Assembly: GCA_030704615.1 (NCBI GenBank)
Contig: CM060731.1
Coordinates: 1,550,001-1,614,000 of the forward strand
Origin: Takakia lepidozioides
Lineage: Eukaryota; Plantae; Bryophyta
Direction of reading: 5' to 3'
DNA: 64,000 nt
Numbering within the stretch: the stretch's first letter is position 1; every line of letters begins with the position of its first letter. The position numbers and the translations under genes were made by a program. The notes beneath the pieces were generated by a model. That model ran no database searches. It saw only the letters and a program-made list of their open reading frames with translations, and was not told the DNA's origin. Positions 26,880 through 41,500 of this stretch are shown here, in pieces.

Positions 26880-28410
26880 GCAGAAATGAGGTTTCAGATT
26901 TCCGTCCGGAGTGATTCTTTCGATTGCTGCTGGATGGAAATACGGAGCCGCATTTCCGTATTGCGTCTTGGTCATGCACCAGAGCGACGGAAATGCGGCA
27001 CCGAGTTTCCGTCCGGGGGAAACCTTTACACTCTCCAGAACGGAAATGCGGTAACGCATTTCCATCCAGCAAGCACGGTATGTGAAGGTGGAACGGAAAT
27101 GCGGTACCGCATTTCCATTCTGATTGAGAATCATGAACAAAGGGAACAGAAATGCGGCACCGCAGTTCCGTCCGAGTCGCACTTTCCGACATTCCAGAAC
27201 GGAAATGCGGCACCGCATTTCCGCCCGGGTGAGACCTTCATACTCTCCAGAACGGAAATGCGGTAACGCATTTCCATCCAGCAAGCACGGTATGTGAAGG
27301 TGGAACGGAAATGCGGTACCGCATTTCCGTTCTGATTGAGAATTATGAACAAGGGGAACAGAAATGCGGCACCGCATTTCCGTCCGAGTGGCACTTTCCG
27401 ACATTCCAGAACGGAAATGCGGCGCCGCATTTCCGTTTTGTATCTGATGCATGGAGCCGAGTGCAATTCCGATCGCTTGAGACAGCGCAATTCCGACCGC
27501 TTCAGACATTCAAACTATCCAGAATGTTCTGACTGTAAATCGTGAACCATCGGAACTGAAATGCGGCAGCGCATTTCCATCCGAGTCGCACCTCCCTCAC
27601 AAGCTAGAACGGAAATGCGGCACCGCATTTCCGCCCGGGTGAGACCTTCATACTCTCCAGAACGGAAATGCGGCACCGCATTTCCGTTCTTATGAAAAAT
27701 CGTGAAACATCGGAACTAAAATGCGGTACAACATTTCCATCGGAGTCGCACCTTCCGACATTCCAAAACGGAAATACGGCGCCGCATTTCCGTTTTGTAT
27801 GTGAGGCATAGAGCTTTGGAACGAAAATGCGGCACCGCATTTCCGCCAGGGTCAGACCTTAATACTCTACAGAACGGTAATGCGGTACCGCATTTCCGTT
27901 TTGACTGAAAATCGTCAACAGCAGGAACAGAAATGCGTCGCAACTTCCGACATTCTAGAACGGAAATGCGGCGCCGCATTTCCGTTTTGTATATGAGGCC
28001 TTGAGCTGTGGGACGGAAATGCAGTGCCGCATTTCCATCCATGTGAGACCTTCAAACTTTCCAGACCGGAATTGCGGCACCGCATTTCCGTTCAGCTGAG
28101 ACCTCTATACTTTCCCGAACGGAAATGTGGCACGGCATTTCCGTTCATCAACTAAGGTATGTGAAGGGGGAACGGAAATGCGGTACCGCATTTCCGTTCA
28201 GATTGAAAATCATGAACCACGGGAACTGAAATGTTGTGCTGCATTTCCGTCCAGATCGCATGTTTCGACATTCCAGAACGGAAATGCGGCGCCGCATTTC
28301 CCTTTTGTATCTCATACATGGAGCTGTGGGACGGAAATGCGGCACCGTATTTTCGTTTAACAACTAAGGTATGTGAAGGTGGAACGGAAATGCGGTGCCG
28401 CATTTTCTTC
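26880..28410. repeat. Element A palindrome array: CGGAAATGCGGYRCCGCATTTCCG with mostly 53-bp period and recurring 29-bp spacers
   Basis: Motif starts 26937, 26990, 27043, 27096, 27149, 27202, 27255, 27308, 27361, 27414; 212-bp higher-order repeat. Confidence 0.95.
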
Positions 28411-31400
28411 CAACAAGCACGGATGTGTAGCTTCGTGATGGTACTTCGTGATGGCGCCGTATTCGCATTTTCACTCCAACTCCAAATTTGAACACGTGGA
28501 GCAACAGAATTGCGGCACATGTCTGCACATATCTGACTGAAGTGGCATGAGGCGGCGCGGCCTGACCGTTGGATAATGATGTTTGTTTTTCGGACGGCAG
28601 GCGTATCCTGAACGATTCAAATTTTGTAATGACGCAAAATCCCCGAGGAGACACTTTCCTCCAACCCTTTCGAACCCAAGTGCTGCATCACCGCCGTTTC
28701 ATCTGCTTTTGTCGTGTCTCCTCAGTCACCCCTCTCGCGCCCTTTCCATCTGCACTCTTCGCCCCTTTTCCCTGTCTCTTTTCTTCTTATGCTCGAACCT
28801 GAGAGGGAGGGAGTGCGTGCACCAGAGAAGAGACATCGTCGCAAGCTCCGAAAATTGTACTTCGGATGTAGGCCAATGCCGAAGGGGAGGAAGCAGATGC
28901 GTCTACAGGAGGAGATTGCCATCTCGCAGCATCAGGCCACCCAGGCAACCCAGCCACCGGTGAGAGCTCCGTGCTATCGGGATTCGCCAGCTGATCAAGC
29001 ACCGAAACCCGCCTCATTTTTCTTCTGCAATTCTTAGACTGTATGCTAGGAGACTTGACTGTAGAAGATGTTTGCATGCCTAACCGGAAAGGTGGACGTG
29101 CTGGAGGAATCGCAGGAATCCGAAGAGCCGCAGGCAGAGTCCGTGGAGCTAGCTGCAGCACGCACACCCAGCCGATCCACGAGCACGGGTCTTCCTGCCG
29201 GTCCTAGCCCTGTGCATTTCAAGGACGCGGCTTCCAAGGCCAAGTCTTTGCAGTTCAAAGCCCCAGAGAGTGACTCGCCTTCAAAGGTCATGGAGAATCA
29301 CCAGCAGGGGTCTAGCCCTTCTCCAGCAAAGATGAAGAAGAAGTAGCCCGTCCTTCAACTTGTTCTTGAACCGGACCAGGCCGTTTCCCCCCCACCCAGG
29401 CGAATGAAGCAGATTCAATTGCAGCAGACACCTTCACTTGCAAGAATGAGGAAGCACAAGGCAATCAGGGGGAGGGTGGAGCAGTCTCCCGCAAAACCGA
29501 TTCCACGAGCTGAAGCCCAGTTCCTGCTTGATTTCCAACTTGCTGCAGCGAAGCCAATGGGATCGACCGTCGATCTGGTACCGGAGGAGGGTGCTGCCTC
29601 TCAACGTTCTCAGCAAGACCTGACCACAGTTGAGGAAGACCTGACCACTGAAGGCCCGGAGGAGGCCTCTGCAATTGCACAATTGTCCGCAAAGATTCCC
29701 CATAGTGCAGCTCCAGTTGGGGATGCTCCAGCTGCTCAGCCCCTGCCGCCACCAGCAGAAATGTCTCCGGAGGAATTCCAAAGTGCAGCGGATACAATGT
29801 TGGAGGAGACACATAGTAGCATTGGTAGAGTTCTGGGCAGCAGGGTATTCCAGCGGACTCTTCGAATCCCACTCTGTCGCATGGTCTCCCTTCCCATCGT
29901 CAGGCAGGCACTTCCCGGAGATGTGGATAAGCTCAAGTTCGCATTTCGAGAAGGGTACCGTCTAGGTTCGCCAGCCTTCTACGTTTCCCTTGAGAATGAG
30001 GACGGCGAATCTCGTGGACCCACTGCGGAGGAATTGTCAACATGGGATACCCACTGGCACACTCGCAACGACGAATTCGAGGCAACCCTGAAGGGTGATC
30101 CCGACTTCGGCCATATGTCGGGTAAAATGTTCTTTGTGTGGGACGGGAATCACCGACTTCTCGCCTGGTGGGAGTACATCAAGCAGAACCATGCCAAGCA
30201 CATTGGTTGGCATTACATGGTGGAGTGTGTCATCCTCAAGGTGAAGGCGGCAGATTCCTCCCTGCTCAAGAATGCCATGGCGGACCTCAACTCGTAAGAT
30301 ACTCATACCCTCCCAACCACGTTCGAAATGCGGTGCCGCATTTCGGTTTCCAATCTGTTTTGTTTCCATGCTTCTGTGGTCTGAACTGGAGAGTGTGCCT
30401 TGCAGGGTCACTGAAAATGCATACGTGCATACCCACATGGCACATATGCTGTACAGGGTGAGGAAAACTGGTCTCACTGATCCGCACATGTTCGCGGAAA
30501 TGCTGGAGCCCGAGCTCATTCAGAAAGCCGTGGCAAAAACTGACCGGACATGGTATCGTCTCACTATGGATGGAATGGTGGAGGTGATATACGAAGTAAG
30601 TCGTCCTCCCATTCCCCTCTGCTCATCCTTCCCCAATTTCCGGTAATCTTTCCACATGAATCGAATGTAACGCTTCTGCATGTTTTTGTTGGCAGTCAAA
30701 CATCAAGCTGGATTTGGCCCATGCCAAACGCTTCTTCATGGAAAGTGAGGGGCAGGTCAAAACGTTGCAGTCATTGACTGAGCACTTGAAGGAAGTCGGG
30801 GTCAAGTCCAGAACGAAATACAAGTCAAAGCTTATGAAGCTGGTGGCCATTGCAGATCCGGCACTTGGAAAGGACTTCATCCCCGAGATTGCAAAACACT
30901 ATTCTCGGGCCATGCAGCCGACCATGCAGTTGGAGAAACTGCATCACCTCTCAACGGCATGTGTTGAAGCGAAAGAGAAGGTGATGTTTCAATTCACTGA
31001 AGTTCCTTCCTAGCAATAGCCACTCTTCTTCCTGCTCCTGACATTGGATCGGAAATGGCAGACACGGTGGTTGTCGATCTGGAATGCATCGGAGAGTATA
31101 AGGACAATGTGGTCTTTTCCACTCGAAGTTTCCAACCCTGCAGTGGATGTGTGGCTCAACCGCATGACTTGGTGGTTCCAGGTAATTCAAGGTACTTCCC
31201 CAGAGTTGCTTTTCTGAAATGAATTCCCTGAACTGCTACGTGACAATGCATGTGGGAATCGCAGGTAATGACGAATGCGAAGGAGCAAGTCGTAATGCAT
31301 ACAAATTCGTTCAGCTTGTACGTCAAATGGGATGGAACACAGACATTGGAAGACTACGTGAAACGTTTCAGATGTGCTTACAAGGACAACCTCTTCGCCA

Positions 31401-33030
31401 GGGAGCTACAGACAGCAAGAAGGAGCGTGGAGTTTACACATCAGGATGGAGCGGGAAAAGCTGCAATGCGAATTGTTTACAGGTGAAGCCCAGCTGTCCT
31501 TGTACGCAAAGCCTGGTAATGAGGTTTGTCTGGGAAATGCGGCACCGCATTCGCATTTTATGTTTTCGGTTGCACTCTGCGAGTACGTTGGTCTCAACTT
31601 TTGTTCACGCATGCTGACTGCCCTGCAGGTATATGAAATACGTGCTTCTTCAGACAGGGGCCCTGGCTCAAGAGCCCCCGTTCTACATGGCTTGGACCAT
31701 GGCGGGCCCAAGCTGTGTCTACACACCCGAGCTGCAGAAACAATGGCATGCCGCGCATCTGGTTGGATGCCTGTGGTACCTGGACATGTCTGGCGGAATT
31801 GTTGACGACTCTGAGAAAGATCTGCACGCGAAAGCAGAAGAGAAGAGAAAGGAAAGACGTGTCCCTGCTCGGCCAAAGTCGGCAAAGGAAGCTGCTGCTC
31901 TGGAACAATCCAGAAAGGCAGCTGAGATGGCACAGAAAACGGTGGATGCAGCTGTGCAGGCTCAACAGAAGGGGTCGAAGAAGCGGACTCGCCAACAAGG
32001 AGCAACAGTTGTGACACCCAAGAAAACGAAGAAGCAGAAACAGATAGTGCAGGTAGAGGGTGAGGAAGAGGACTCCGATGGAGACTTTGCAACCAGCCCA
32101 CCCCCCGAGACGCAGCCGAAATCCCCTGTGCCCACCATTGTCACGAGAGGGACGAGAGCTGGCTCGGCAAAGAAGGCACTCTTCAACCCCCCGGGGGGGC
32201 ACCCTTTCGAGCCGGTGGAAATGAAGAGGCCGAAAGTGGATCCCGATACAATAGTCCAGTGTGTGAATGAGAGTTTCTTGGCGGCTTTGGATGGACGGGC
32301 AGCCAAGTTGGCATACATGAAGACCATGGAGGGTCTGAAGGGCAGAGCACTGAAGAAGGCGGCTGCCGAAGAGCCTTCCGACACCCCCGGGATTCTGAAG
32401 ATGGTCTCGTTCTTTAAGAGGGTGTGTGCAGACAAGGATTGCAAGAGGGGCGGAAATTCCACCGATTGGTCTTGCGATATGATCATCTTGGATATTCCAG
32501 ACGGAGAGCCTGTGGAAGGACTGCAAGCTTTGCCATCTTGGAACAGGTACTCCGAGGACTTTTGGAAGAAAGGATTCGGGCTCGCCCGCATGGTGTTGGA
32601 CGACAGAGGCTGTGTGGTTGTCCTGGCGAGCAGAGGTAAAAACACGCAAACAGGAATTGCGAAGTGGACCCGCAAGAGCGCCGTCCCAATTCTGAAGAAG
32701 AAGTGGACGTGCATCAACACATTGGGCCTTCGGTCGGAAGGGAAGAAGGTAATTACGACCTTGGCACTCGTCCTTTCATTTTCTTAGGAGTCTTGAAATG
32801 CGGTGCCGCATTCGATTTCTAATCGTTCCCCACTGTGTATGCAGACGAAGCAGTTCGATGCATATTGCTTTGTGAAGGAGAACTCCACCTTTGCTTTCCG
32901 GAAGGAGGGATTGTTGGTTGACCCGAACTGCGACCCCATCGATTACGACGTCCTGTTCAACAACGTTCCCATGGAACTTCTCCCTCATAGCCTCACTTCA
33001 ACTGAACCCTTGCGGTATTCACGCACTCGG

Positions 33031-33109
33031 TGTCGCGCACCTCACTTCGGTAAGCTCCCCTTCAAGTCATAGTTACTTGCTTTGATGCGCGCGCCTGACT
33101 CCCAACCTG
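33031..33109 (-). mobile_element. Solo LTR of the chromovirus family, left piece
   Basis: Reverse complement of the LTR end at 36229-36307; TSD CTCGG at 33026-33030. Confidence 0.9.
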
Positions 33110-35581
33110 GGGGGCTGCTATTTCATGAGCGGCATGAGCATGAGCGGCATGAGCATGAGCGGAAAAAAAAAAAGCATGAGCAGACCATTGTGAGTCCACG
33201 GAAATAGGGTTAGGAGGCACGGAAATAGGGTCATGTGAAGTTGGAATGTGGCACCAGTGGACTTAAAATGCAACATTTTATTGCAAATTTTGTGGCAAGC
33301 CACGTCTATACAAGTGTGTTCTAACTGTCATAGCCGGAATGGGCACTACTCTCCTACACCCTCCGAGGAACTTGCCCCACCTTCTTCCTCATCCCCCTCA
33401 TCCCCCTCATCCTCCGAGCTCTGTGATGCATCAGTTCCACTATGCCTCTCAAAAATCCCGTCCTCTCCTTGGGGGACTGTCCACCTCACCTCCTGGGAAT
33501 CTTCTGCGTCTTCTCCCCCACTTTCCTCAGCAGAATCCAACACAAATCTACGAGCCCGACGGGCTCTAATAGCTGCTGCCTCCTCCCTCATCTTCATTTT
33601 CTTGAGGCTTGCCTCGTCTAAAATCTGCTGTACACGACTACGTTCGGAACACCTCCTAATGGACACCGAAGCAAGCCGGGCAGCATAAGTAGGCAGGATG
33701 TACTCCTTTCTGGACTAGGCATGAAATCTCCCCTGGCAAAAAAAGGCACGTTCCTCCTGCCCATGAACTCCGGTGTAGACGTCCCTCCGGCAGTACTTGG
33801 CATCCTACAGTAAGAACAAATCCACTTGAAGAATGTCAATACCAGCACAACCAGAAAGGGTTTTCAATGAAATAAGAGAGCGGAGGGAGGTGCCTCACAA
33901 AATCTGGAGGCAACTTACAATGCCACCACTCACTCGTAAACCGGGGGCTCCTCGGCCTCGATCCCAACTTCCTCCCCCTGCTCCTTCTCGGATTTTTCCT
34001 CATCCTCCGAGGATGCCTCTTCCTCTTTCGGCAGACGTTCAGCCGCTGCAAGTTCCGAGTTGTGGAGGGCAGTATCTGGCTCGAAGGCGAACACATGCCT
34101 GTCGGACAACGTCCCTGCCCACATTGAAGCACCTGAGGAACAAAGCGGGCGGTTAATAGCTTGCGGCATGCAATTGCAATGGGGCCAGGGGACAAACTGA
34201 GCACGTGAAGGCTTACCCGTGCCGCATGTGAGGTCCAGAATCCGCCCTTGGACATCCGAGCACGTCTCCATGAGGGTTTGGATGAAAGCAGGGCTTCGGG
34301 TCCGGCTGTACCGCCACGGTTTGCCTGTCTTTGTGTCCTTCGGCATACTAGAGTGGGGCACATAGTTGTAGAGGACATCGTAGGTTACAGGGTCCACAGC
34401 GGCATCAACAAGACGACCGTCGTTGCGGAATTTGAACGTAGACCCTCTCTTCACAAAGCAATATGCCTCAAACACCAATGTCTGCACATCCAACAAAGAA
34501 GGGATCAATTCCAGGGTCTACTTAACATACACCACAATATGAAGTGAATGCAATAGATTGATAACTTACACTTTGGCCCTCTGTTCGCAACCCCTGCGTA
34601 CTGATGCAGAACCATTTTCTGAGGAGGACCGGGGTGACACTTTTCGGTGTCCACCTTGCCACCGCATTCTCTGTGGTCTTCCCTCTCGTGGCAAGGACAA
34701 CCACACATCCACCGTCATCCAGAAGCATCCCCGCCAGCCCAAACCCGGCTTTCCAGTAGTCCTCAGTAAACCTGTTCCAGGTGGGCACACCATCCAGGCC
34801 CTCCAGCAGCTCCCCATCTGGAATGTCGAGGAGAATCATGTCGCAAGCTCTCTCCACCTCAACCCCCCCCCGAGTGCTCTTGCAATTCGTGCTCACAGCC
34901 GTGAAGAATTCCATCATGGCTTCAAAACCAGGGGTGTCTTTAGGCTCTGTACCGGCAGCCCTCTTCTTGGCTTTCCCCTTCTGCTCCGCCAGAGACTTGT
35001 TGTGTGCCACCTTCTTCGCCCTGGCAGCGAGAGCGTCAAGGAAGCTCTCATTGACGCATTGGATGATGGTTGGAGGTTCTAGCTTTGGCCTGTGCGTAAA
35101 CGTCACCGCCGAATACCGCCGTGTAGGCTCGCCCTCAAATGCCAACTTCTTGGCAGAGCCAGTCCCACTCCGAACTGACTTGGGAACCCGGACGACCGGT
35201 GACTGGGTAGGAGCAACAGCAGTCGCAGGACCTTGAACAAAATCGGCGTCGGAGTCACTCTCTTGGGTCCCCTCCTGCGCCTCCTCCGATGCCCCGATGG
35301 TTTTCTTCTTTTGGGTGTTACTGCAGTCACCTGTTTCCTTGTCCTTTTCCTTTGACCTTTACTCTTCTCATGCAATTTCTCCTGAATTCCTGCCTGAGCA
35401 AGCTCTGCCGCTTTCCTGGAGTTCGCAAGCGCTTTTGCCTCTTTTGCACCCAACGGAGGCAACGGAGCCCGGTTTCGTCGGAATTCAGCATCCAGCTTCA
35501 ATTGAAACTCGGATGGGTCGAGCGAGCCGGGCGGAAGGTCCACATACCAAGGGCAATCACGCAAATGTTCCAGATACCACT

Positions 35582-38500
35582 TGTCGCGGCCCTTTGCCTT
35601 GAGGGCAGGGGGTCGGGACACATGAGGGGCTGCCCCTGTGGTGGGGGCAGCGGCAGCGATAGGTATGGGGGGCTGAAGCACCCTTGAGTGCCCAAGGCAC
35701 TCAAGGAGGCGGAGGCGCTCACTAGGTGGAGCCCCGCACACCGGGTTGCGGTGGAGGTGGCTCCACAAGGGGTGGTGGTAGCTTAGTGGGACTTAGTGGG
35801 GGTGGCATAGGACTCACCATGGGGTGGAGACCTCGAGGTGGGAGTCGTGGGGAGTCTTGGGACTCATCACGGTCCATTGGGGCCGCGGTGAGTGGGCCAA
35901 GACTCACCGCGACTCACCACCGGGAGTCGAGGGTTTTCGTGGTGGTTCACCATAAAATGGCATGGCTGGTTATGAAACCCCCGCGGACAGCTACAGAAGT
36001 ATATATAGGGAGTAGTACCCCGAGAACGGTGCAAGCCCGTTGGTGACCAAAAACTAGTGAGTAAGCGAGCGAGCCGGAAAGCGACCAAAGAGTGGGGAGC
36101 TGTTCCGGACTGCCATCTACCAAAGGGAATTCTCCTAGTCCCAAAGAGGTGGAGGGTTTAGAGGGAAGCAAAGGGGGGGACCGTTATGTCCCGGTGAGCA
36201 GCCGAAGCTCCAAGTTGGCCCGGGCGGCCAGGTTGGGAGTCAGGCGCGCGCATCAAAGCGAGTAACTATGACTTGAAGGGGAGCTTACCGGAGTGAGGTG
36301 CGCGACACTTGGTATCAGAGCTTAGAGTTCAGTACGCGATCGTCCTTGGGATTGGCCTCATCATGGGGTCGGGCAAGCCGAAGCGAAAGCGGAACGGCCC
36401 AAAAGATGATGATCCCGGTGAGCCCGATGGGGGCGACGTGTCACCGAGGCGGCCGTTTGAGGAAGCGATTAATGTTTCCGAAAACGAGGCCGCTCAGGAG
36501 CGGGAGGAATCCGAGGAGTCGGAGCCCGAGGAATCTTGAGAGCTCCGACAAACCAAGAGATGCCTCCCATGCCGGCAGCCTTTTGGGAAGGGTTGTTGGC
36601 GCAGTTTGGCGGGACGTTGAAAGACGTGTTGAAGGCGGCTAATGCCACTTCCACCAAGGCAAAGTTTAAGGTGAAGCCTAAGGAACCCGGCACCTTCGAG
36701 GGCGTTCGAAACCGGAAGGCACTCAACACCTGGCTCCTGGAGCTAGAGCAGTACTTCCGGGCGGCCAAGTTGAGTGACGAGGATCGGGTGGAAGTGGCTC
36801 CCACCTATTTGAGGGGCTATGCTCAACAATGCTGGCAGAAACGCCTTCACGACCGAGGCCCAAGCCCGGAAACCTTGAACTGGAGTGAGTTCAAGGAATT
36901 GATGAAGAGACAGTTTGTGCCCCTCAACGCATCCTGGCTTGCCCGGGACAAGATGAGGAATTTGAAGCAAACAGATGACATTCGGGGGTATGTCCAGGCT
37001 TTCAATGTGCTGTTGCTCGAAGTCGCGGACATGGCAGAACCAGAAATGGTCTTCAACTTTGTGGCGGGACTGGCCCCATGGGCTAGGCGGAAGTTGGAGG
37101 AGAAGCCACCCAAGACTTTGAACGAGGCAATTGAGAGAGCTGAATGTTTCTCGGATGTCCCTAGGGGTGAGAGACAAGGCCGTACGGAGCTGAACCACAA
37201 GAAGACCCGGCGGGAAGGGGACTCCTCCCGACCGGAAAAGAAGTGGGATAGGCCACGCGGCGAAAATGGCACGTGGAAATCGAAGGGAGGTCCTTCACAC
37301 GTCAAGGCGGCACCCGGTGCTTCGAAAGGAAAAGCGGGTGGAGCGACTTATGGCGGACAGAAGGCGACCTTTGATGGAGTGTGTTTCAATTGCGGGGAGC
37401 CCGGGCACATGGCCAAGAAGTGCACGAAGCCCCGGCAATTGAACATGACTCGGGCGACCACGGAGCTGTCGGAAGATACCATCAGTCGCTTGGTGGAAGC
37501 GGTGGTCGCCAGGACTTGCAAGGTAGGCAAATTTTCTTGTGAGTTGTATCAGGAAACTGGCGCCTTACGAAAAGGGAGTCAGTTATTGTTCGTGGATGGG
37601 ATAATATCCGGAACTAATGTGTCGTTGTTGGTGGACACAGGAGCGTCGCACTCCTTCATGACGCCGGCGGCGGCGCGAAAGTTGGGACTCCCGACAAGTG
37701 ACGTGGGGGCCTCTATTGAGGTGCGCTCTGCCAAAGGAGAACCTCAGTTGGCGACAAGGTTGGCGTTTGATGTTCCTCTTCAACTGGGGAGTTGGGAGGG
37801 ACGTGAGAACTTCACTATCTGCGAGATCGATGGAGTGGATCTCATTTTGGGAATGACCTTTTTGAGCAAATCCGGAGCGGTCATAGATGGCCGCAAGAGA
37901 GTAGTCACGCTGCCATGTGGGAATGGTGGCGAGGTTTTACGAGTGTCGGAAACGCCCAAATCCGTGGGAGGGCGAATAAACCTTCTATCAGCAAAGGAGT
38001 GGGCCGTGGAGGAGACACACGAGTCCCAGTTTTTGCTTTACATTAGAGAAGTGAAAGGAGAAGGCGATGGGGAGCCGAGCCCAGATTGGATCAAGGGGAT
38101 TTTGGAGAAATACCAGGATGTGATGCCGGAGGATTTACCAAGCGGCTTGCCACCGCGAAGAGGAGTTGACCACAAATTGAGGTGATACCGGGATCGGAAC
38201 CGCCTGCCAAGGCGCCCTACCGGTTGAGCCACAGAGAGTTGGTCGAGCTGAAGACTCAGCTCAAGGATCTAATGTCAAAGGGGTACATCCGGCCGAGTAA
38301 GTCACCTTACGGAGCCCCGGTGCTATTTGCAGACAAGAAGGATGGGACGCTGCGGATGTGTGTCGATTACAGGGCTCTGAATAAGGTGACTATCAAAAAC
38401 CGGTACCCTTTGCCAAGGATCGACGACCTCTTCGATCGGTTGGCAGGAGCGAAGTATTTCAGCCGGATCGACTTGCGCTCCGGCTATCACCAAATTCGGG

Positions 38501-41500
38501 TGGCGGAAGGAGATGAGGAGAAGACCGCGTGCAGGACAAGGTATGGTTCATATGAGTTCTTGGTGATGCCTTTTGGGCTCACCAATGCACCAGCGACATT
38601 TAGCACGCTGATGAACAGCCTTTTCCAGGAGTGGTTGGATGACTTTGTGATCGTGTACATCGACGACATCTTGGTGTACTCGAAAACAAAGGAGGAGCAC
38701 CTGGAGCACCTCAAAAGGGTGTTCCAAAAATTGCGAGAAGGGAAGCTGTATGCCAAAGCTTCAAAGTGCGAATTCGGGGTCACAAAAGTGGAGTTCTTGG
38801 GGCACGTGATTACACAGGATGGGATCAAAATGGATGACAGAAAGGTGAGGGCGATCTTGGACTGGGAGCCTCCGACTTCGGTCCCGGGAGTGCGATCCTT
38901 CCTAGGACTCGCCTCCTATTACCGGAAGTATGTGAGAAATTTCGCCAAGATCGCGGGGCCGCTGTCGGACCTTCTGTGTAAATCCAAAGTCTGGGTATGG
39001 AACACATTTTGTGGCCAAGCTTTTGCTGAATTGAAGCAGCGGATGACGGAAGCTCCAGTCTTAAAAATCCCGGAGTTCGATCGTCCGTTTGAGATTCATA
39101 CAGATGCATCGGACTTCGCAATTGGGGGTGTACTTATGCAAGATGGACGTCCAGTGGCTTACGAAAGTAAGAAACTGAATGAAGTGGAGCGACGGTGGCC
39201 GACGCACGAAAAAGAGATGAAGGCGGTGGTGACATTGCCTTGAACTCTGGCGCCACTATGTTGGTTCCAACCCAGTGAAGGTGTTCACGGACAATGTCAC
39301 GGTGAAGTATTTTGCCACGCAGCCCAAGTTGTCCCCAAAACAACTTAGGTGGCAAGATACTTTGGCAGTGTTCGACGTGGATATCCAGTACAAACCGGGA
39401 CGGGACAATGTGGTGGCCGATGCTTTAAGTAGAAAGCAGCAGCTCTTGTTGGTGTACAAGGGCGAGACGGCGCTCCAAAGGAAGATCCGGAAGGCTTGCC
39501 GGAAGGATGAGCTGGCAAAGTGCGTGATGCAGAACTTGAGAATGGGGGTTAAATCGCAGTTCCACTTGCAAAACGGACTGCTCCGGTATAAGCAAAAACG
39601 TCTCTATGTGCCAAAGGGAGGGATCAGGGATAGTCTCTTGAGAGAATGCCATGATAGCCCGCTTGCGGGCCACGGTGGAGCCAAGCGCACTGCGGCACTC
39701 TTGAAGAAAGAGTATTTCTGGCCCAAACTGAGGGAGGAGGCAGAGGAGTATGTTAAGACATGCACCACATGCCAACAAAACCGGAGCGAGTATAAAAAGC
39801 AAGCGGGGCTGTTACAACCCTTGCCGATTCCAGAGGGGACTTGGGAAAGCGTCTCGATGGATTTCATGACTGCTATGCCGCTGTCAAAAGGATTCGATGC
39901 AATCATGGTGGTGGTAGATAGGTTCAGTAAAATGGCCCATTTCATCCCCACCAAGGAGACGGCAACTGCGCAGGAGACAGGGCGACTTTACTTCGCCCAC
40001 GTCTTAAAGCATCATGGAGTCCCGAAGGATATTGTCTCGGACCGCGATCCAAAGTTTACGAGTAAATTCTGGAGAGCACTTTGGAAGAAGATGGGGACGA
40101 GGCTGAAGATGAGCACCGCCTTCCGACCTACGACGGACGGCCAAACGGAAAGAGTGAATTCCGTAGTGAAGCAATTCTTGCGGAATTACGTGTCGGCAGA
40201 CCAATCAGACTGGATGGAACACTTAGACGCGGCAGAGTTCTGTTATAATAACACAGAACACTCCGCGACGGGAGTTTCCCCTTTTGTGTTGGTCTATGGA
40301 AAAGCACCTCTGGTGCCGACAAGTTGGGCCGCCCAGGACGTTGAGGAACCGGCAGTAGCGGCGGTACTGGAAGAACGCGAGCGTTTGTTGAAGCTCGCAA
40401 AGTACAACATTGCCAAAGCTAGGAAACGGTATGAAAGGCAGGCGAATCGGAAGCGGAGGGAAGTGAAGTTTGAGGCAGGCACAGAGGTCTGGTTGAACAT
40501 CAAGAATTTTCGACTACCTCCGGAAATGAGTCCGAAGTTCGTACCTCCGTATGCGGGTCCCTTTCGCATTCGGAGGGTTATGAATGAGGATGTGTATGAA
40601 TTGGAGCTGCCAGCAAACAGCAAGGTGCACCCAGTATTCCATGTCTCCCTTTTGAAGCCTTACTTCAAAGATGAAGCACGTCCGAATCGGCAGCAAGTGT
40701 TGCGTCCGCCACCTATGCTGTTGGATCATGAAAATGAACCCGAGTACGAGGTGGAGGCAATACTTAAGTCGAGGAGGTTCAAGAACCGAGAAACGGAGTA
40801 TCTCGTCAAATGGAAGGGCTATCATCTTGTGGAGGCATCTTGGGTGCGTGCCTCAGAAATGGGAAACGCATCCGAGGCAGTTGCAGCGTTCGAAGGGCGA
40901 CCTCAAAAGCGGAAGAAGCGTTGATGGGGACATCAACCTTGGAGCGTGGGGGAGGAAATGCATGCTTAGCCCGGTTTAGCTAGCTCAGGAATCCGATTGC
41001 AAAAACTTGTATTGTACAAAAATTTGTGATAAAGGAAATGGGTTCCAAATATTGTGCGTCCTATTGTGTTTGGAATGGTGATGCATGGTGTGGTTGGCTG
41101 GTGTGTAGAATGCATGCTAGCTTACAAAAGTGGGAGAGGTAAATTGGGTTAATCGTGTGTTTGCGCAGTGCCGAAATCGGGTGACTCCCATCCAAGGGGC
41201 AAGGAAACTTGCGCCTTATTTGGGAGTTCAAGTGCTAGTGCGCACCTGGCGCGTGCGCGTACTATAACTGCGCTACCGAGGGGTTGCCTTGTAGTGCGGG
41301 CTAACGCGGAAGCTACGTGCTTCCGTTCACGTACTATAATCGTGTAGCCTCGGGACGAAGTCGTAGTGCGGCTTCGGCGTGTTCCCGTACCTCAGGCCAG
41401 CATTCCAAGGCGGACCCAATTGTAGTGATTGGGGCGCACGGTTGGTTCAAGGTTATCTTCCTAGTCAAAGAGGGTTCCAGGTGAACCCTTGCTCAAGGTG

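Noticed and set aside
26937-28410. CRISPR-like geometry (24-bp palindromic repeat with 29-bp spacers)
   Set aside because: Spacers recur as a higher-order repeat, no cas genes are present, the context is an intron-containing eukaryotic transposon, and the motif also occurs singly in introns
26643-28520. ORFs with repeated EMRCRISV / GNAAPHF peptides (also 56496-57879)
   Set aside because: Artefacts of the element A palindrome arrays
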